A stretch of 17,230 bases of DNA from Promethearchaeota archaeon. Its GTDB lineage: Archaea; Asgardarchaeota; Lokiarchaeia; Sigyniarchaeales; SOKP01. The DNA is taken from NCBI GenBank assembly GCA_019058245.1, contig JAHPZJ010000021.1, positions 1 to 17,230 on the forward strand, written 5' to 3'. Positions 7,641 through 16,680 of the stretch are shown here, piece after piece (within the stretch, counting starts at the first letter, position 1; each line of letters opens with the position of its first letter). The notes beneath the pieces are model-generated. The model made no database searches, had not been told where the DNA came from, and was given only the letters and a program-made list of their open reading frames with translations. A program made the position numbers and the translations under genes.

Positions 7641-9050
7641 TTGAGTTCAAAGCCAAAAAAAGAAAAGAAAAAAGACAAAAAGAAAAATTTATTGGTAAAA
7701 AAAGAAAAGAAAGATGCTAAGGATCAACAGAAACCAAACAAATCTGACATTCTTTCTAAATTAGATGAATTAGATAGTTTTAGTGAAGAAGAAACTCGTG
7801 CTACTGAAGAAATTTTAAGAAAAGGATTAACAGAAAGTAAATCGACGGAAACTGAAGAGGATTCCAAGAAAATTGAGATAAATATTAGTAACATAAAAAA
7901 TGAAATAGAAAAACTAAAGGATATCAAACAAAAATATTATGACAATGGTGAAAACGACAAAACCTTAGAAATAAGCAAAAAAATCATAGATCTTGCTACT
8001 AAACATAATATGGCATTTGCAGCTACTGAAGAGAAGAAATTTTTTGATCAATTGCAAAATAAAATCAATGATTCTTCAACGAAGCTTATTAGGGAAAATA
8101 TTGATAATCTAAAAAAAATAAGACATAATCATTATACTCAAGAACGATACGACAACGCCATATTAGTATCAAAACAAATAATAGATTTAGCTATAAAAGA
8201 CAGTTTGATTGCAATTAAAAAGGAAGAAGAAAAATGGTTATCTTTAATGCAAGATAAAATTGAGGCACAAACTTCTGAACTCAATAGATTAGAAGCTCTT
8301 AAACTTAAAATTGCTAAGCAGAGTCAAATAAATCAAGATATTGTAGAGGAAAAAGCTAATATTGAATTCGATAACAAAAAGCTTGTTAGTAATAATATTA
8401 CAACAAACTCAAAACAAAAGTCTGAAGTTATAACTAAAGAGTTTAAAGCAGTAAAAGATGAATTTGAAGAAGAAAAGCTAAAATTTGAAGAGGAAAAGCT
8501 AAAATTTCAAGAAGAAAAAGAGTTATTAAAATGGGAAAGACAGATGATTGAAGAAGTAAAGCTTAGATTTGAACAGGATAAATTAAAAGACAATGAGATA
8601 GTCGGAGAAATTAAACTGGATTCAGAATCAACTATGAATGAAAATATAGAGAAGGATAGGGAAGAAAAACTAATAATTGGAGAACAGAAAAAGTTACTTG
8701 AACAAGAGAAAAAAAATTTTTTAGTAATGGGTGAACAATTTAAGCAATTAAGGATGAAATTTGAAGAAGAGAAAAAAGTATTTGATCAAAAAGTAGCTAA
8801 ATTTGAAGAAGAAAAAGAAATTTTGAATGAAAAAAAACTTAATTTTGAAGAAGAACGAGAAAAGTTTAAAGAAGAAAAATTAAACCTTGAAGAACAGAAA
8901 AAAATATTTGAAGAAAATTGGTTGAACTTCGAGGAGGAAAAAATTAAGCTCAAACAAGAACAAGAACAATTTGGAGAACAAAAAAAATTATTTAAGTGGG
9001 AACAGCAGATGTTTGAAGAACTAAAAAATTATGAGAAAGAAAATGACTGA
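7641..9050 (+). CDS. Highly charged coiled-coil protein with a Lys-rich N-terminus, two helical (TPR-like) repeats and FEEEK heptad arrays
   Basis: KPKKEKKKDKKK start. A ~63-aa duplicated unit (IEKLKDIKQKYY..ISKKIIDLA.. / IDNLKKIRHNHY..VSKQIIDLA..). Many FEEEKLK-like heptads. Motif LLKWERQMIEEVK / LFKWEQQMFEELK occurs twice. Confidence 0.8.
   Translation: MSSKPKKEKKKDKKKNLLVKKEKKDAKDQQKPNKSDILSKLDELDSFSEEETRATEEILRKGLTESKSTETEEDSKKIEINISNIKNEIEKLKDIKQKYYDNGENDKTLEISKKIIDLATKHNMAFAATEEKKFFDQLQNKINDSSTKLIRENIDNLKKIRHNHYTQERYDNAILVSKQIIDLAIKDSLIAIKKEEEKWLSLMQDKIEAQTSELNRLEALKLKIAKQSQINQDIVEEKANIEFDNKKLVSNNITTNSKQKSEVITKEFKAVKDEFEEEKLKFEEEKLKFQEEKELLKWERQMIEEVKLRFEQDKLKDNEIVGEIKLDSESTMNENIEKDREEKLIIGEQKKLLEQEKKNFLVMGEQFKQLRMKFEEEKKVFDQKVAKFEEEKEILNEKKLNFEEEREKFKEEKLNLEEQKKIFEENWLNFEEEKIKLKQEQEQFGEQKKLFKWEQQMFEELKNYEKEND
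8463..8520 (+). repeat. Intragenic 21-bp tandem repeat (about 2.7 copies) encoding FEEEKLK heptads
   Basis: tttgaagaagaaaagctaaaa / tttgaagaggaaaagctaaaa / tttcaagaagaaaaag. Confidence 0.8.
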
Positions 9051-9228
9051 TCTTTATTTTTTTATATTCCTCTCCTGAATTCTTGGCTTTAATAAAGAAT
9101 CTTTTTTTGAATAAAAAATATGGTTTTATATTTTATTCCCTCTTAATTAACTAAGTGTATAAATGTATTTATTCATATCTTACTTTACATTTTAAATAAA
9201 CATTATATTTACATCAAGTGGTATATTT

Positions 9229-10716
9229 TTGATTGACTTTACAAATTTAGGAGCTCCACATGAATTTTGGGAGTATTTTTATCAGATCTCAAAAATTCCA
9301 AGATGTTCTAAGCATGAAGAAAAACTTAGAAATTTTATTAAAGAGGAAGCAGAAAAATATGGATTTGAAAAAAAAATTGATGAAATAGGAAATATTGTAG
9401 TAAAAATTCCAGCTGCAAATCAAAAATTAAAATGTATTTTACAAAGCCACATGGATATGGTTTGTGAGAAAAATGAAGCAACAATACATGATTTTTCAAA
9501 AAATTCATTAAAGTTAAAAATCATTGATATTGATAATGAAAAATGGATTACTGCTGAAGGTACAACATTAGGTGCGGATAATGGAGTAGGAGTGTGCTAT
9601 TTATTAACTATAATGAAAAAAATTCATCAGGATGAATTAAAGTTCAATTCATTAGGATTAGATCTATTATTCACTGTTCGTGAAGAATATGATATGGCTG
9701 GAGCACAAAATGTGAATTCAAGATTTGTTAATGGGAATTATTTAATAAATCTCGATTCAGCTCGACAAGCATTGACAATAGGATGTGCAGGAGGTATTGG
9801 ATTTCATACTAGGATTAAATGTGAAAGTATCTTCATAAATCGAGATCAATTAACTCTTATCCCTATTAATATTTCCATTTTTGGATTAGTTGGTGGACAC
9901 TCAGGAGGATGCAATAGGGGTCAAGCACATGCAATTATTATTCTGAGTCAAATTCTATGGAATTTGAATAAGAAATATCCAATTTTTATTAGTAAAATAC
10001 ATGGAGGTGATGCGGCAAATGCTATTCCTAGAGAAGCGTATTCAATTATATTTATTGAGCAGAACCATTTCGAACAAATAAGAATGTACATCTGTAAAAT
10101 TTTCAGCGAAATTAAAACTCTTTTTGATGGAATCGAAAAAAATATGGAAATTAGTATAAAGAAATTAGAAGGATTCTCAAGTAATAAGGTTTTTCCCAAA
10201 AGTGTTCAAGATAAATTACTAAATCTTTTATATATTTTTCCTAATGGTCCTATTGCCTATCATCCAAAGATAAAAGATTTGATGTTTACTTCAACAAATT
10301 TAGGAAAAATAAGAACTAAAGAGGATCATATTAAACTAAGATGGTTACACAGAAGCCTAAGTGAGTATTATAACTATGATATTTACGAACAAATTTTAAG
10401 CTTATTAGAATTATCTGGTCTTAAAAAAGAAAATACATTTCGTAATAGTTATCCTCCATGGGAACCAAATTTTAATTCTAAACTCTTGAAAATCGCCAAA
10501 GACTGTAATAGGAAATTGTATAAAGAAGAAATAGATATTAAAATAGTTCATGGAGGATTGGAAGCCACACTATTAATAAATAAAATTCCTAAAATTGATG
10601 CAATAGCATTTGGAGCCTACTTAGAAGCACCTCATTCCCCAGATGAGCGCCTAAAGATTAAATCAGTTGAAAAAGCTTGGAATTTTCTAATATATTTACT
10701 TCAAAATTTAAAGTAA
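9229..10716 (+). CDS. pepD: Aminoacyl-histidine (beta-Ala-His) dipeptidase, peptidase M20C
   Basis: Motifs KIPRCSKHE, LQSHMDMVCEK, GTTLGADNGVG, FTVREE, NLDS, GGHSG, NAIPRE, STNLG, YPPWEP, HGGLE, HSPDE; 495 aa. Confidence 0.92.
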   Translation: MIDFTNLGAPHEFWEYFYQISKIPRCSKHEEKLRNFIKEEAEKYGFEKKIDEIGNIVVKIPAANQKLKCILQSHMDMVCEKNEATIHDFSKNSLKLKIIDIDNEKWITAEGTTLGADNGVGVCYLLTIMKKIHQDELKFNSLGLDLLFTVREEYDMAGAQNVNSRFVNGNYLINLDSARQALTIGCAGGIGFHTRIKCESIFINRDQLTLIPINISIFGLVGGHSGGCNRGQAHAIIILSQILWNLNKKYPIFISKIHGGDAANAIPREAYSIIFIEQNHFEQIRMYICKIFSEIKTLFDGIEKNMEISIKKLEGFSSNKVFPKSVQDKLLNLLYIFPNGPIAYHPKIKDLMFTSTNLGKIRTKEDHIKLRWLHRSLSEYYNYDIYEQILSLLELSGLKKENTFRNSYPPWEPNFNSKLLKIAKDCNRKLYKEEIDIKIVHGGLEATLLINKIPKIDAIAFGAYLEAPHSPDERLKIKSVEKAWNFLIYLLQNLK

Positions 10717-10732
10717 TTATAGAGGTAATAAA

Positions 10733-11458
10733 ATGGAAAATAGTTTAAAAATAGCCATTATTTCAGATATTCATGCAAATAAATATGCTCTAGAAGAATT
10801 TCTTAACTACATCGAAGAAAATTTTAATGCGGATAAAATCTTAAATCTAGGAGACTTTGTTCACATTGGACCACACCCAAAGGAAGTTGCAAAAATAATA
10901 TTCAATGATATACGATTTGAAAATATTATTGGTAATAATGAAATGATTCTATTAGGAAGACATGAACAAAATAAAGGAGCAGAACTCCATATTAAATGGA
11001 CAAAAGATCAGCTTGGAGATAAACTTCTTAAAGAAATTCAGAATATTCCAATTTCAAAAACACTTACAATCGAAGGGCAAAAAATTTTGATGATTCATTC
11101 ACATTTTTATGATACTCCAGGACGTTCAATTCAAGACAATCTCTTACTCTACGAAGGGAAAACTTTGAACGAATTTCTGGATGACTATCCTAAAGAAGTT
11201 AGTATTGTTTTAGTTGGTCATTCCCATGAACAATTGTATATCTCATGGAAAGGGAAAATAATCATAAATCCTGGTTCGATCAGTATTACTTGGAAACCAA
11301 AGATTTCATTTTGTCTAATGGAAATCAATTCTTCAAATAACATAAATTTAGAATTTAAAAATATTCCTTACGATACCTCAAAATTAAAAGATGACTATAA
11401 GTTAAGAGATGTTCCAGAAAAAGATTTCATAATAAAGTATTTTTACCCCTTTCTCTAA
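10733..11458 (+). CDS. Calcineurin-like metallophosphoesterase (YfcE/MJ0936 family)
   Basis: Motifs ISDIHAN, LGDFV, GNNE, MIHS, GHSH, NPGS. RBS GAGGT upstream. Confidence 0.9.
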   Translation: MENSLKIAIISDIHANKYALEEFLNYIEENFNADKILNLGDFVHIGPHPKEVAKIIFNDIRFENIIGNNEMILLGRHEQNKGAELHIKWTKDQLGDKLLKEIQNIPISKTLTIEGQKILMIHSHFYDTPGRSIQDNLLLYEGKTLNEFLDDYPKEVSIVLVGHSHEQLYISWKGKIIINPGSISITWKPKISFCLMEINSSNNINLEFKNIPYDTSKLKDDYKLRDVPEKDFIIKYFYPFL

Positions 11459-11468
11459 AAGTAATAAA

Positions 11469-11477
11469 TTTTTTTTT
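11469..11477 (+). terminator. Possible oligo-T terminator
   Basis: T9 tract 10 nt after the stop at 11458. Confidence 0.35.
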
Positions 11478-11498
11478 GTTCCAATTCTCTAGATCAAT

Positions 11499-12005
11499 AT
11501 GGAAATTACAAAAAGAGAATTAATTAATTTTAAGGATAGGAATTTCCCTAAACAAATATGTTTTAAACCAATTGGTATAATACATACTCCATTTAAAACT
11601 ATTAAAGGTATTCCTATTCAGTCATCAATGTCAAATCAAAAGGGTACTATTGAAATTTTTCCAGAATATAAATCTGGTTTAAAAGATTTGTTCGAGTTTT
11701 CTCATCTTTATTGCCTCTATTTTTTTGATATGGTAAAATTGCCTGTTCCACTTCAATCAAAACCTTTTTTGGACAACAAAATAAAAGGAGTTTTTGCTAT
11801 TCGAACACCATTTCGTCCAAATCCTATAGGTATTTCAATTCTTCAAATTTTAAATGTTGAAGAGAATAAAATTGAAGTTAATAATGTTGATATTCTAGAT
11901 TATACTCCCATCTTGGATATCAAACCTTTTGTATCTGAGTTTGATAACGTAAAAACACATAAGATTGGTTGGTTAAAAGACAGAATTAAGTATAAAATAA
12001 GCTGA
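11499..12005 (+). CDS. trmO: tRNA t6A37 N6-methyltransferase TrmO (TsaA/YaeB family)
   Basis: Motifs FKPIGIIHTPFK, GLKDL..FSHL, GVFAIRTPFRPNPIGIS, DILDYTPILDIKPF, GWL. Confidence 0.9.
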   Translation: MEITKRELINFKDRNFPKQICFKPIGIIHTPFKTIKGIPIQSSMSNQKGTIEIFPEYKSGLKDLFEFSHLYCLYFFDMVKLPVPLQSKPFLDNKIKGVFAIRTPFRPNPIGISILQILNVEENKIEVNNVDILDYTPILDIKPFVSEFDNVKTHKIGWLKDRIKYKIS

Positions 12006-12010
12006 AAGCT

Positions 12011-13435
12011 TTATTTAAGTTTTATATCTAAATTCAAATTTTTTTGAATTAATTGACTGTTTTTCTCATTGCGAAGCCTTTTTGCTTGAATAGCAATGGT
12101 TTCAAGAAGCCTACGTTGATTTGTTGATATCCAAGGGCCTTCACAATCAATTGCAGCATAAGGAATCTCACTTTTATTGGCTAGAGGTCGTATTATAGCT
12201 TGAGAGTTCATAGCGGGTTGGCAATTGAAAGTTCCTAAATTAATTAAACCGTCATAAATCCCCTCTTTGATCGAATGTACATATCTCCCAGTTACTAAAG
12301 GAGTTTCAGTACAACTGCTTAAAGAGACATATTTATTTCCTTCATGAAATAGATCGATAATGTCGATAAAAGGATCAAATAACAATTTTGATTTTTTCAT
12401 GAGCCTTCTAAACATCTTTAATTGTGAAATTAGAAAATTGAAAGTATTCTTATTTCTTTTTACTCGAATTACTTCCTTTCGCTCAATTTCACTCAAACCA
12501 TCAGTTTTGAGTAATTCATCTTTAAATTGATCTTTTGGATTAATGTATCCTTTTTTAAATCCAAACCGTATAGTACTTTCAGCTAATATTAAACTCATAG
12601 TTTCCACAATATCTACAACTTTTGTAATAATTCCTCTTTCAAGGAAAAATTCCTCTACTGGATAATGATCAAACATCAAATTTAAACCACCAAAAATTAG
12701 AACTTTTGGTGTTTCTTCAACTGTTGATTTAAGAGGGATTTTACTAATTTCTCTAGCCCATTTTAATAAAGATGTATTTATTGTCTTCTTCCCTTCTCTT
12801 ATGTTTTCAAATAAACTATTTGTCAATTCCTCAAATTTTTCTAAAGCTTCGTTTTTATTCTCAGCAACGCATTGTAAGGCATTTCTTGCTTCGGTTATAT
12901 ATTCCCCTAATACAAAATATACATTTTCCCACGCTATTAAATCAGAATTTAATCCCAAGTATTTATTCGTATATTTTGGGAATACGCCAAATATAGCGTT
13001 ATTTAAATTTAATCTCTTTGCAAATGTTTCCCAAAGAACGGGCCATGCCCCATTTTGGCATGGACCATGTTGATCTATAGGAATTCGATAAATAGTTATT
13101 TCATTTTCATCTCTATAATCATTTATATCCTTTAAAACAGCTCCTGCTATAGCAAAACTTGGAAGACATTCTCGTCCAGAACACATATTTTTAGCATATT
13201 GTAAAATTGATGCATCAGTTTCTCTGCTTATTCTGATATTTCTATTATATTTTTTAAATAAATCTATTACAAGTCGCCGTCCATAATAGTTTCGAGGTTC
13301 TGGATTTACATATACTATTCTAGGGTCATTAAAATCAACTTTCTGACCATCACTGTCAATAATAAATCTAAAATCTTCTGAAAATTGAGCTTGTCTAAAC
13401 TCTTTTAATTTTTCTACTTGTTTTATTTCAGTCAT
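12011..13435 (-). CDS. PlsR-like / COG3581 2-hydroxyacyl-CoA dehydratase-family Fe-S subunit (partner of the 985-aa gene)
   Basis: Motifs CSGRECLP, GPCQNGAW, ETPLVTG, YDGLINLGTFNCQP, IDCEG, RLLETI. It starts 2 nt after the upstream stop. Confidence 0.8.
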   Translation of the reverse strand: MTEIKQVEKLKEFRQAQFSEDFRFIIDSDGQKVDFNDPRIVYVNPEPRNYYGRRLVIDLFKKYNRNIRISRETDASILQYAKNMCSGRECLPSFAIAGAVLKDINDYRDENEITIYRIPIDQHGPCQNGAWPVLWETFAKRLNLNNAIFGVFPKYTNKYLGLNSDLIAWENVYFVLGEYITEARNALQCVAENKNEALEKFEELTNSLFENIREGKKTINTSLLKWAREISKIPLKSTVEETPKVLIFGGLNLMFDHYPVEEFFLERGIITKVVDIVETMSLILAESTIRFGFKKGYINPKDQFKDELLKTDGLSEIERKEVIRVKRNKNTFNFLISQLKMFRRLMKKSKLLFDPFIDIIDLFHEGNKYVSLSSCTETPLVTGRYVHSIKEGIYDGLINLGTFNCQPAMNSQAIIRPLANKSEIPYAAIDCEGPWISTNQRRLLETIAIQAKRLRNEKNSQLIQKNLNLDIKLK

Positions 13436-13437
13436 TT

Positions 13438-16395
13438 TTACATCGCAATATTCTGCATTAATATTTTTTTAACATTCTTATTAGAATTTCGATGTCGTTC
13501 TTCAATGATATCTAAAAAAGCACCAACTCTGGTTTCAAAACCCGCATGGGCTGTATGAGAATCTATTTCAAGATAACAAAATACATGGCCTTCTAATTGT
13601 TGTCGAAAATAATGATACATTGTGCCATCAGGACCACACGAAAAGCAAGATACAAAACAAATATATAAATTAGGATTTTCTTTCACATGCTTAACCGCAT
13701 TCTCAATTTGTTGGGTAAGATTCCATACATTCCTTGAAATTGATTGTCCTTTATTTAATAAAGGTAACAAATCAGATGGAATTGCATTATATCCTCTACT
13801 CACAATTTTACGGGGAAGTGCTATATTTATATCTGTAGGATAAACAACATAAGGTCTACCTGCAATAATTACTGATGGTTTTTTTAATAAATCTTTTAAT
13901 GTATTTTTCCCATACTCATAATATCTTTCTTTATACTTTTTATAATGAGATAACGCCGCTTTTCCGGCATTAATACCTACTTCTTCTTCTAATCCTAATA
14001 AGCAAGCAATTTTTCCAAATTCTTTTAAGGTTGTTTCTATAAGGTCGTCCGTAAGTCCTATATGAGGGGACAATATCTTTTCACTTTCATTTTCAAAGGC
14101 TGCACGGATAATGTCAGGAATACTTGCTGTGGAAGGACAAGTGTAACCATGAATATATCCTGATGGGATTTCCAATTCAACTACATAAGGCAAGAAAATA
14201 TAATCTACATTTTGATTAATTAGATCATTTACAGCCCCATGAACTAGTTCACCTGGATAACAAATAGGTGCAATTGTCTTTGTATTTCCTAATTTCGAAG
14301 GATTTGATAAAATAACATTGTATCCAAGCTCATTGATGAATTTAGTATATAATGGGAAAAGAATATGAGATGTTAAAGCCATTGGTAAACCTATTGTTCC
14401 TCGAGCATTCTTTAAAGTAATAGCACTAAATTCCTCAAACATTATCTTATTTCTTACTTCTATGATATCCTGACCTTCCTCTATTTCCACACCTTTTTGA
14501 CGCAGTAATTTATATTTAGAGCATAAACCACCAAAAGGATAAACTTTTCCTCTAATTAAGATTCTTTCAATTTCACAATTATTTTCACACGCCTTACATC
14601 TAAAAGTATCTTTAATTTGTATTTCTCCTTTTATTAAGTTTTTAAGATTATAATCTCTTTCAGAAATGATATTATTTTTCAGTAGATCTTTTGTCATAAG
14701 TGCTGTACCTACTGCCCCCATAAGTTCAGGATGTGCTGGCACTATCACTTTTCGCTGTGAACGAGCTGCTATAGCTAATGCGACTGATTTATTAAGAGCA
14801 ACACCTCCAAGAAAAAGAAGATTCTCTCCTATGTGACGGGGGCCTACAATACGAGAAATATAATTATCTGCAATTGAATAAACTAAACCAGCAACCACAT
14901 CTCCTATTTTAGCTCCTTGCTGAAGGGCATTTCTCAAATCGGTATTAATAAAAGCAGCACATCGCTCTCCAAATGCAATTGGGTGAGTGCTATTTATAGC
15001 AATATCACTTATATCCTCTACCTTTATACCCATATCAACTGATGCAGATTCTTCAAGAAAACTTCCTGTACCCGCAGAACATCCCTCGTTCATCGCATAA
15101 TCAATAGGAACGCCTTTAAGAAATGAGATGAATTTTGAATCTTGACCTCCAATTTCAAACACAGTATCAACATTTGAAACCTCTTCAGTAGCAGCTCTAG
15201 CGTGTGTTAAAATTTCATTAAAACTCCTACAGTTATCTAGATAAACAGAAACCATCTCTCTGGCGGACCCACTTACCCCGCATTGAATTAATTTGATAGA
15301 TCTATTACCTACTTGTTTTATAAGACTATCGATACATTGTTTAGTTGCTAAAATGGGATTTCCTAACGTTCTTAAATAAACACTTGCATCTACTGAACAA
15401 GTTGATGTGTTAAACAATACAGCTTTGGTTGTGGTAGAACCAGCATCTATTCCAAGAATATATTTAACTCCCTCTTTTACTCTCCTCTCATTATCTACAT
15501 TAACCCGATAATCTAAAAGAGATTCGGATTGTGTGAGGGGTTCATGAGTCTGAAATTCAATTTTTAAAGGTTTAAGCCAATCTTTAGCATTTTTGGAATT
15601 TTTTTGTAATTCAGATGCAAATATAGAGGCACCAAATGCTTCTAAGTATGGACTTTCAGGCAATACCTTAATTTCTGAATTGGGTAAAAACCTGGATAAA
15701 TTTTCAATGAATACTTTATTTTGAGTTACTCCACCTGAAACCACTACTAACTTTGTAGGCCATTGAGCGGTTTGTATCATTTCACTAACTTTTCTTGCTA
15801 AATCGTTTATTAACGTTTTAACAATATCTTTGGGTTCACATTCACCCTTGTTAAGTTTATGAGTAGCATCTGATTTACAATGAACAGAACATCTAGTCGC
15901 TAACTGAGTAAACTCACCCTCTTTACTAATTTTAATTCCTTCTTCTATGGATAATCCCATTCTTTGAAGTTGTTGTACAATGAATTCACCAGTACCTGCA
16001 GCGCATTTTGAAGTAGAGATAATATTTTTTATTATTCCATTTTTTATTGGATAAACACTAAAAGTCTCTCCACCAAGAGATAATAGAATATCCGGTTGTA
16101 AATTGTAAAATGAGAGTACTTTTTCTAAGCATTCTATCTCTGAAATATATGGAAAATTAAGAAAACTCCCTGTAGCTTGTCCCGTTATAACAATTTTTGA
16201 ATTTTCATCAACATTATATTTTTTAAATATCTCTAATATCTTCTTTTTAGGATACCCTTCATGACGTATTACCTCACTCGCTATTACGCCATTGGTACTT
16301 TTACGAACCCACTTTACAGAGACTGCTCCAATTTCTAAACCTTCAAAATATTGAAGTTCCCTATTAGTTGCGCTAGCAAGACTCCTATCTGGCAT
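13438..16395 (-). CDS. PlsA-like protein: two tandem BcrAD/BadFG activase domains, a Cys cluster and a DUF2229 (COG3580) domain
   Basis: Domain 1: GLEIGAVSVK, LGGET, KCAAGTGEF, RCSVHCKSD. Domain 2: LGIDAGSTTTK, EIGGQDSK, MNEGCSAGTGSFL, RCAAF, GGVALN. Then CKACENNC..GGLC, followed by ICYP, YTCP, GRPY, FSCGPD, EIDSHTAHAGFETRVGAF. Confidence 0.92.
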   Translation of the reverse strand: MPDRSLASATNRELQYFEGLEIGAVSVKWVRKSTNGVIASEVIRHEGYPKKKILEIFKKYNVDENSKIVITGQATGSFLNFPYISEIECLEKVLSFYNLQPDILLSLGGETFSVYPIKNGIIKNIISTSKCAAGTGEFIVQQLQRMGLSIEEGIKISKEGEFTQLATRCSVHCKSDATHKLNKGECEPKDIVKTLINDLARKVSEMIQTAQWPTKLVVVSGGVTQNKVFIENLSRFLPNSEIKVLPESPYLEAFGASIFASELQKNSKNAKDWLKPLKIEFQTHEPLTQSESLLDYRVNVDNERRVKEGVKYILGIDAGSTTTKAVLFNTSTCSVDASVYLRTLGNPILATKQCIDSLIKQVGNRSIKLIQCGVSGSAREMVSVYLDNCRSFNEILTHARAATEEVSNVDTVFEIGGQDSKFISFLKGVPIDYAMNEGCSAGTGSFLEESASVDMGIKVEDISDIAINSTHPIAFGERCAAFINTDLRNALQQGAKIGDVVAGLVYSIADNYISRIVGPRHIGENLLFLGGVALNKSVALAIAARSQRKVIVPAHPELMGAVGTALMTKDLLKNNIISERDYNLKNLIKGEIQIKDTFRCKACENNCEIERILIRGKVYPFGGLCSKYKLLRQKGVEIEEGQDIIEVRNKIMFEEFSAITLKNARGTIGLPMALTSHILFPLYTKFINELGYNVILSNPSKLGNTKTIAPICYPGELVHGAVNDLINQNVDYIFLPYVVELEIPSGYIHGYTCPSTASIPDIIRAAFENESEKILSPHIGLTDDLIETTLKEFGKIACLLGLEEEVGINAGKAALSHYKKYKERYYEYGKNTLKDLLKKPSVIIAGRPYVVYPTDINIALPRKIVSRGYNAIPSDLLPLLNKGQSISRNVWNLTQQIENAVKHVKENPNLYICFVSCFSCGPDGTMYHYFRQQLEGHVFCYLEIDSHTAHAGFETRVGAFLDIIEERHRNSNKNVKKILMQNIAM

Positions 16396-16615
16396 TTTTT
16401 TATTTTTACTTAGATATCGATCGATTTAAATAAATACAAGAATAAGAATATAATCTAATTTAAATATTATACCACAAAAAATATGATGACTGATATTATT
16501 CAATGAAGCTCATTAAATAATTCATTATTTTACCCTAATTAAGTAAAAAATTTTTGTTTATTGGTTATTCATTTTTAAATAAAATAAATTATTAAAAAAT
16601 CTATTTAATTTTAAT

Positions 16616-16649
16616 AAAAAAAGAATAGGGGACTTTTTAGTTTATTCTT
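16616..16649 (-). terminator. Possible terminator downstream of the pseudogene: weak 7-bp stem plus T7 tract
   Basis: Minus strand AAGAATA-aactaaaaagtcccc-TATTCTT running into a T7 tract. Confidence 0.35.
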
Positions 16650-16665
16650 AAGAATTAGAAGAAAT

Positions 16666-16679
16666 TGAACCGCGGTTCA
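16666..16679. promoter_or_regulatory. Perfect 14-bp palindrome TGAACCGCGGTTCA, candidate operator
   Basis: Exact self-reverse-complement, GC-rich within an AT-rich intergenic region, and 1 nt from the pseudogene stop. Confidence 0.45.
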
Positions 16680-16680
16680 G

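Noticed and set aside
8463-9000. CRISPR-like or mobile repeat array
   Set aside because: The repeats are in-frame 21-bp coding heptads without unique spacers.
10733-11458. Vps29/retromer ortholog linked to the roadblock cluster
   Set aside because: Its length and full metal-binding motif set fit generic prokaryotic metallophosphoesterases, it is separated from the cluster by other genes, and no Vps29-specific features are visible.
11999-12011. Small hairpin AAGCT-GAA-AGCTT between convergent trmO and PlsR-like stops
   Set aside because: A 5-bp stem is expected by chance and is not enough to call a terminator.
13436-13440. Frameshift artefact splitting one ~1460-aa fused protein
   Set aside because: There is a clean stop, a 2-nt gap and an ATG at a natural domain boundary, and two-gene PlsA/PlsR forms are known. 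Read mapping would confirm this.
900-13843. Short antisense ORFs in the track (900, 979, 1695, 2563, 3729, 4228, 4954, 5446, 6661, 7724, 9948, 12772, 12801, 13622)
   Set aside because: They lie opposite well-supported genes and have no recognisable motifs; they are shadow ORFs.
16416-16425. Palindrome ATCGATCGAT just upstream of the PlsA-like ATG
   Set aside because: It is a short ATCG tandem that is palindromic by construction, which is too weak to call an operator.
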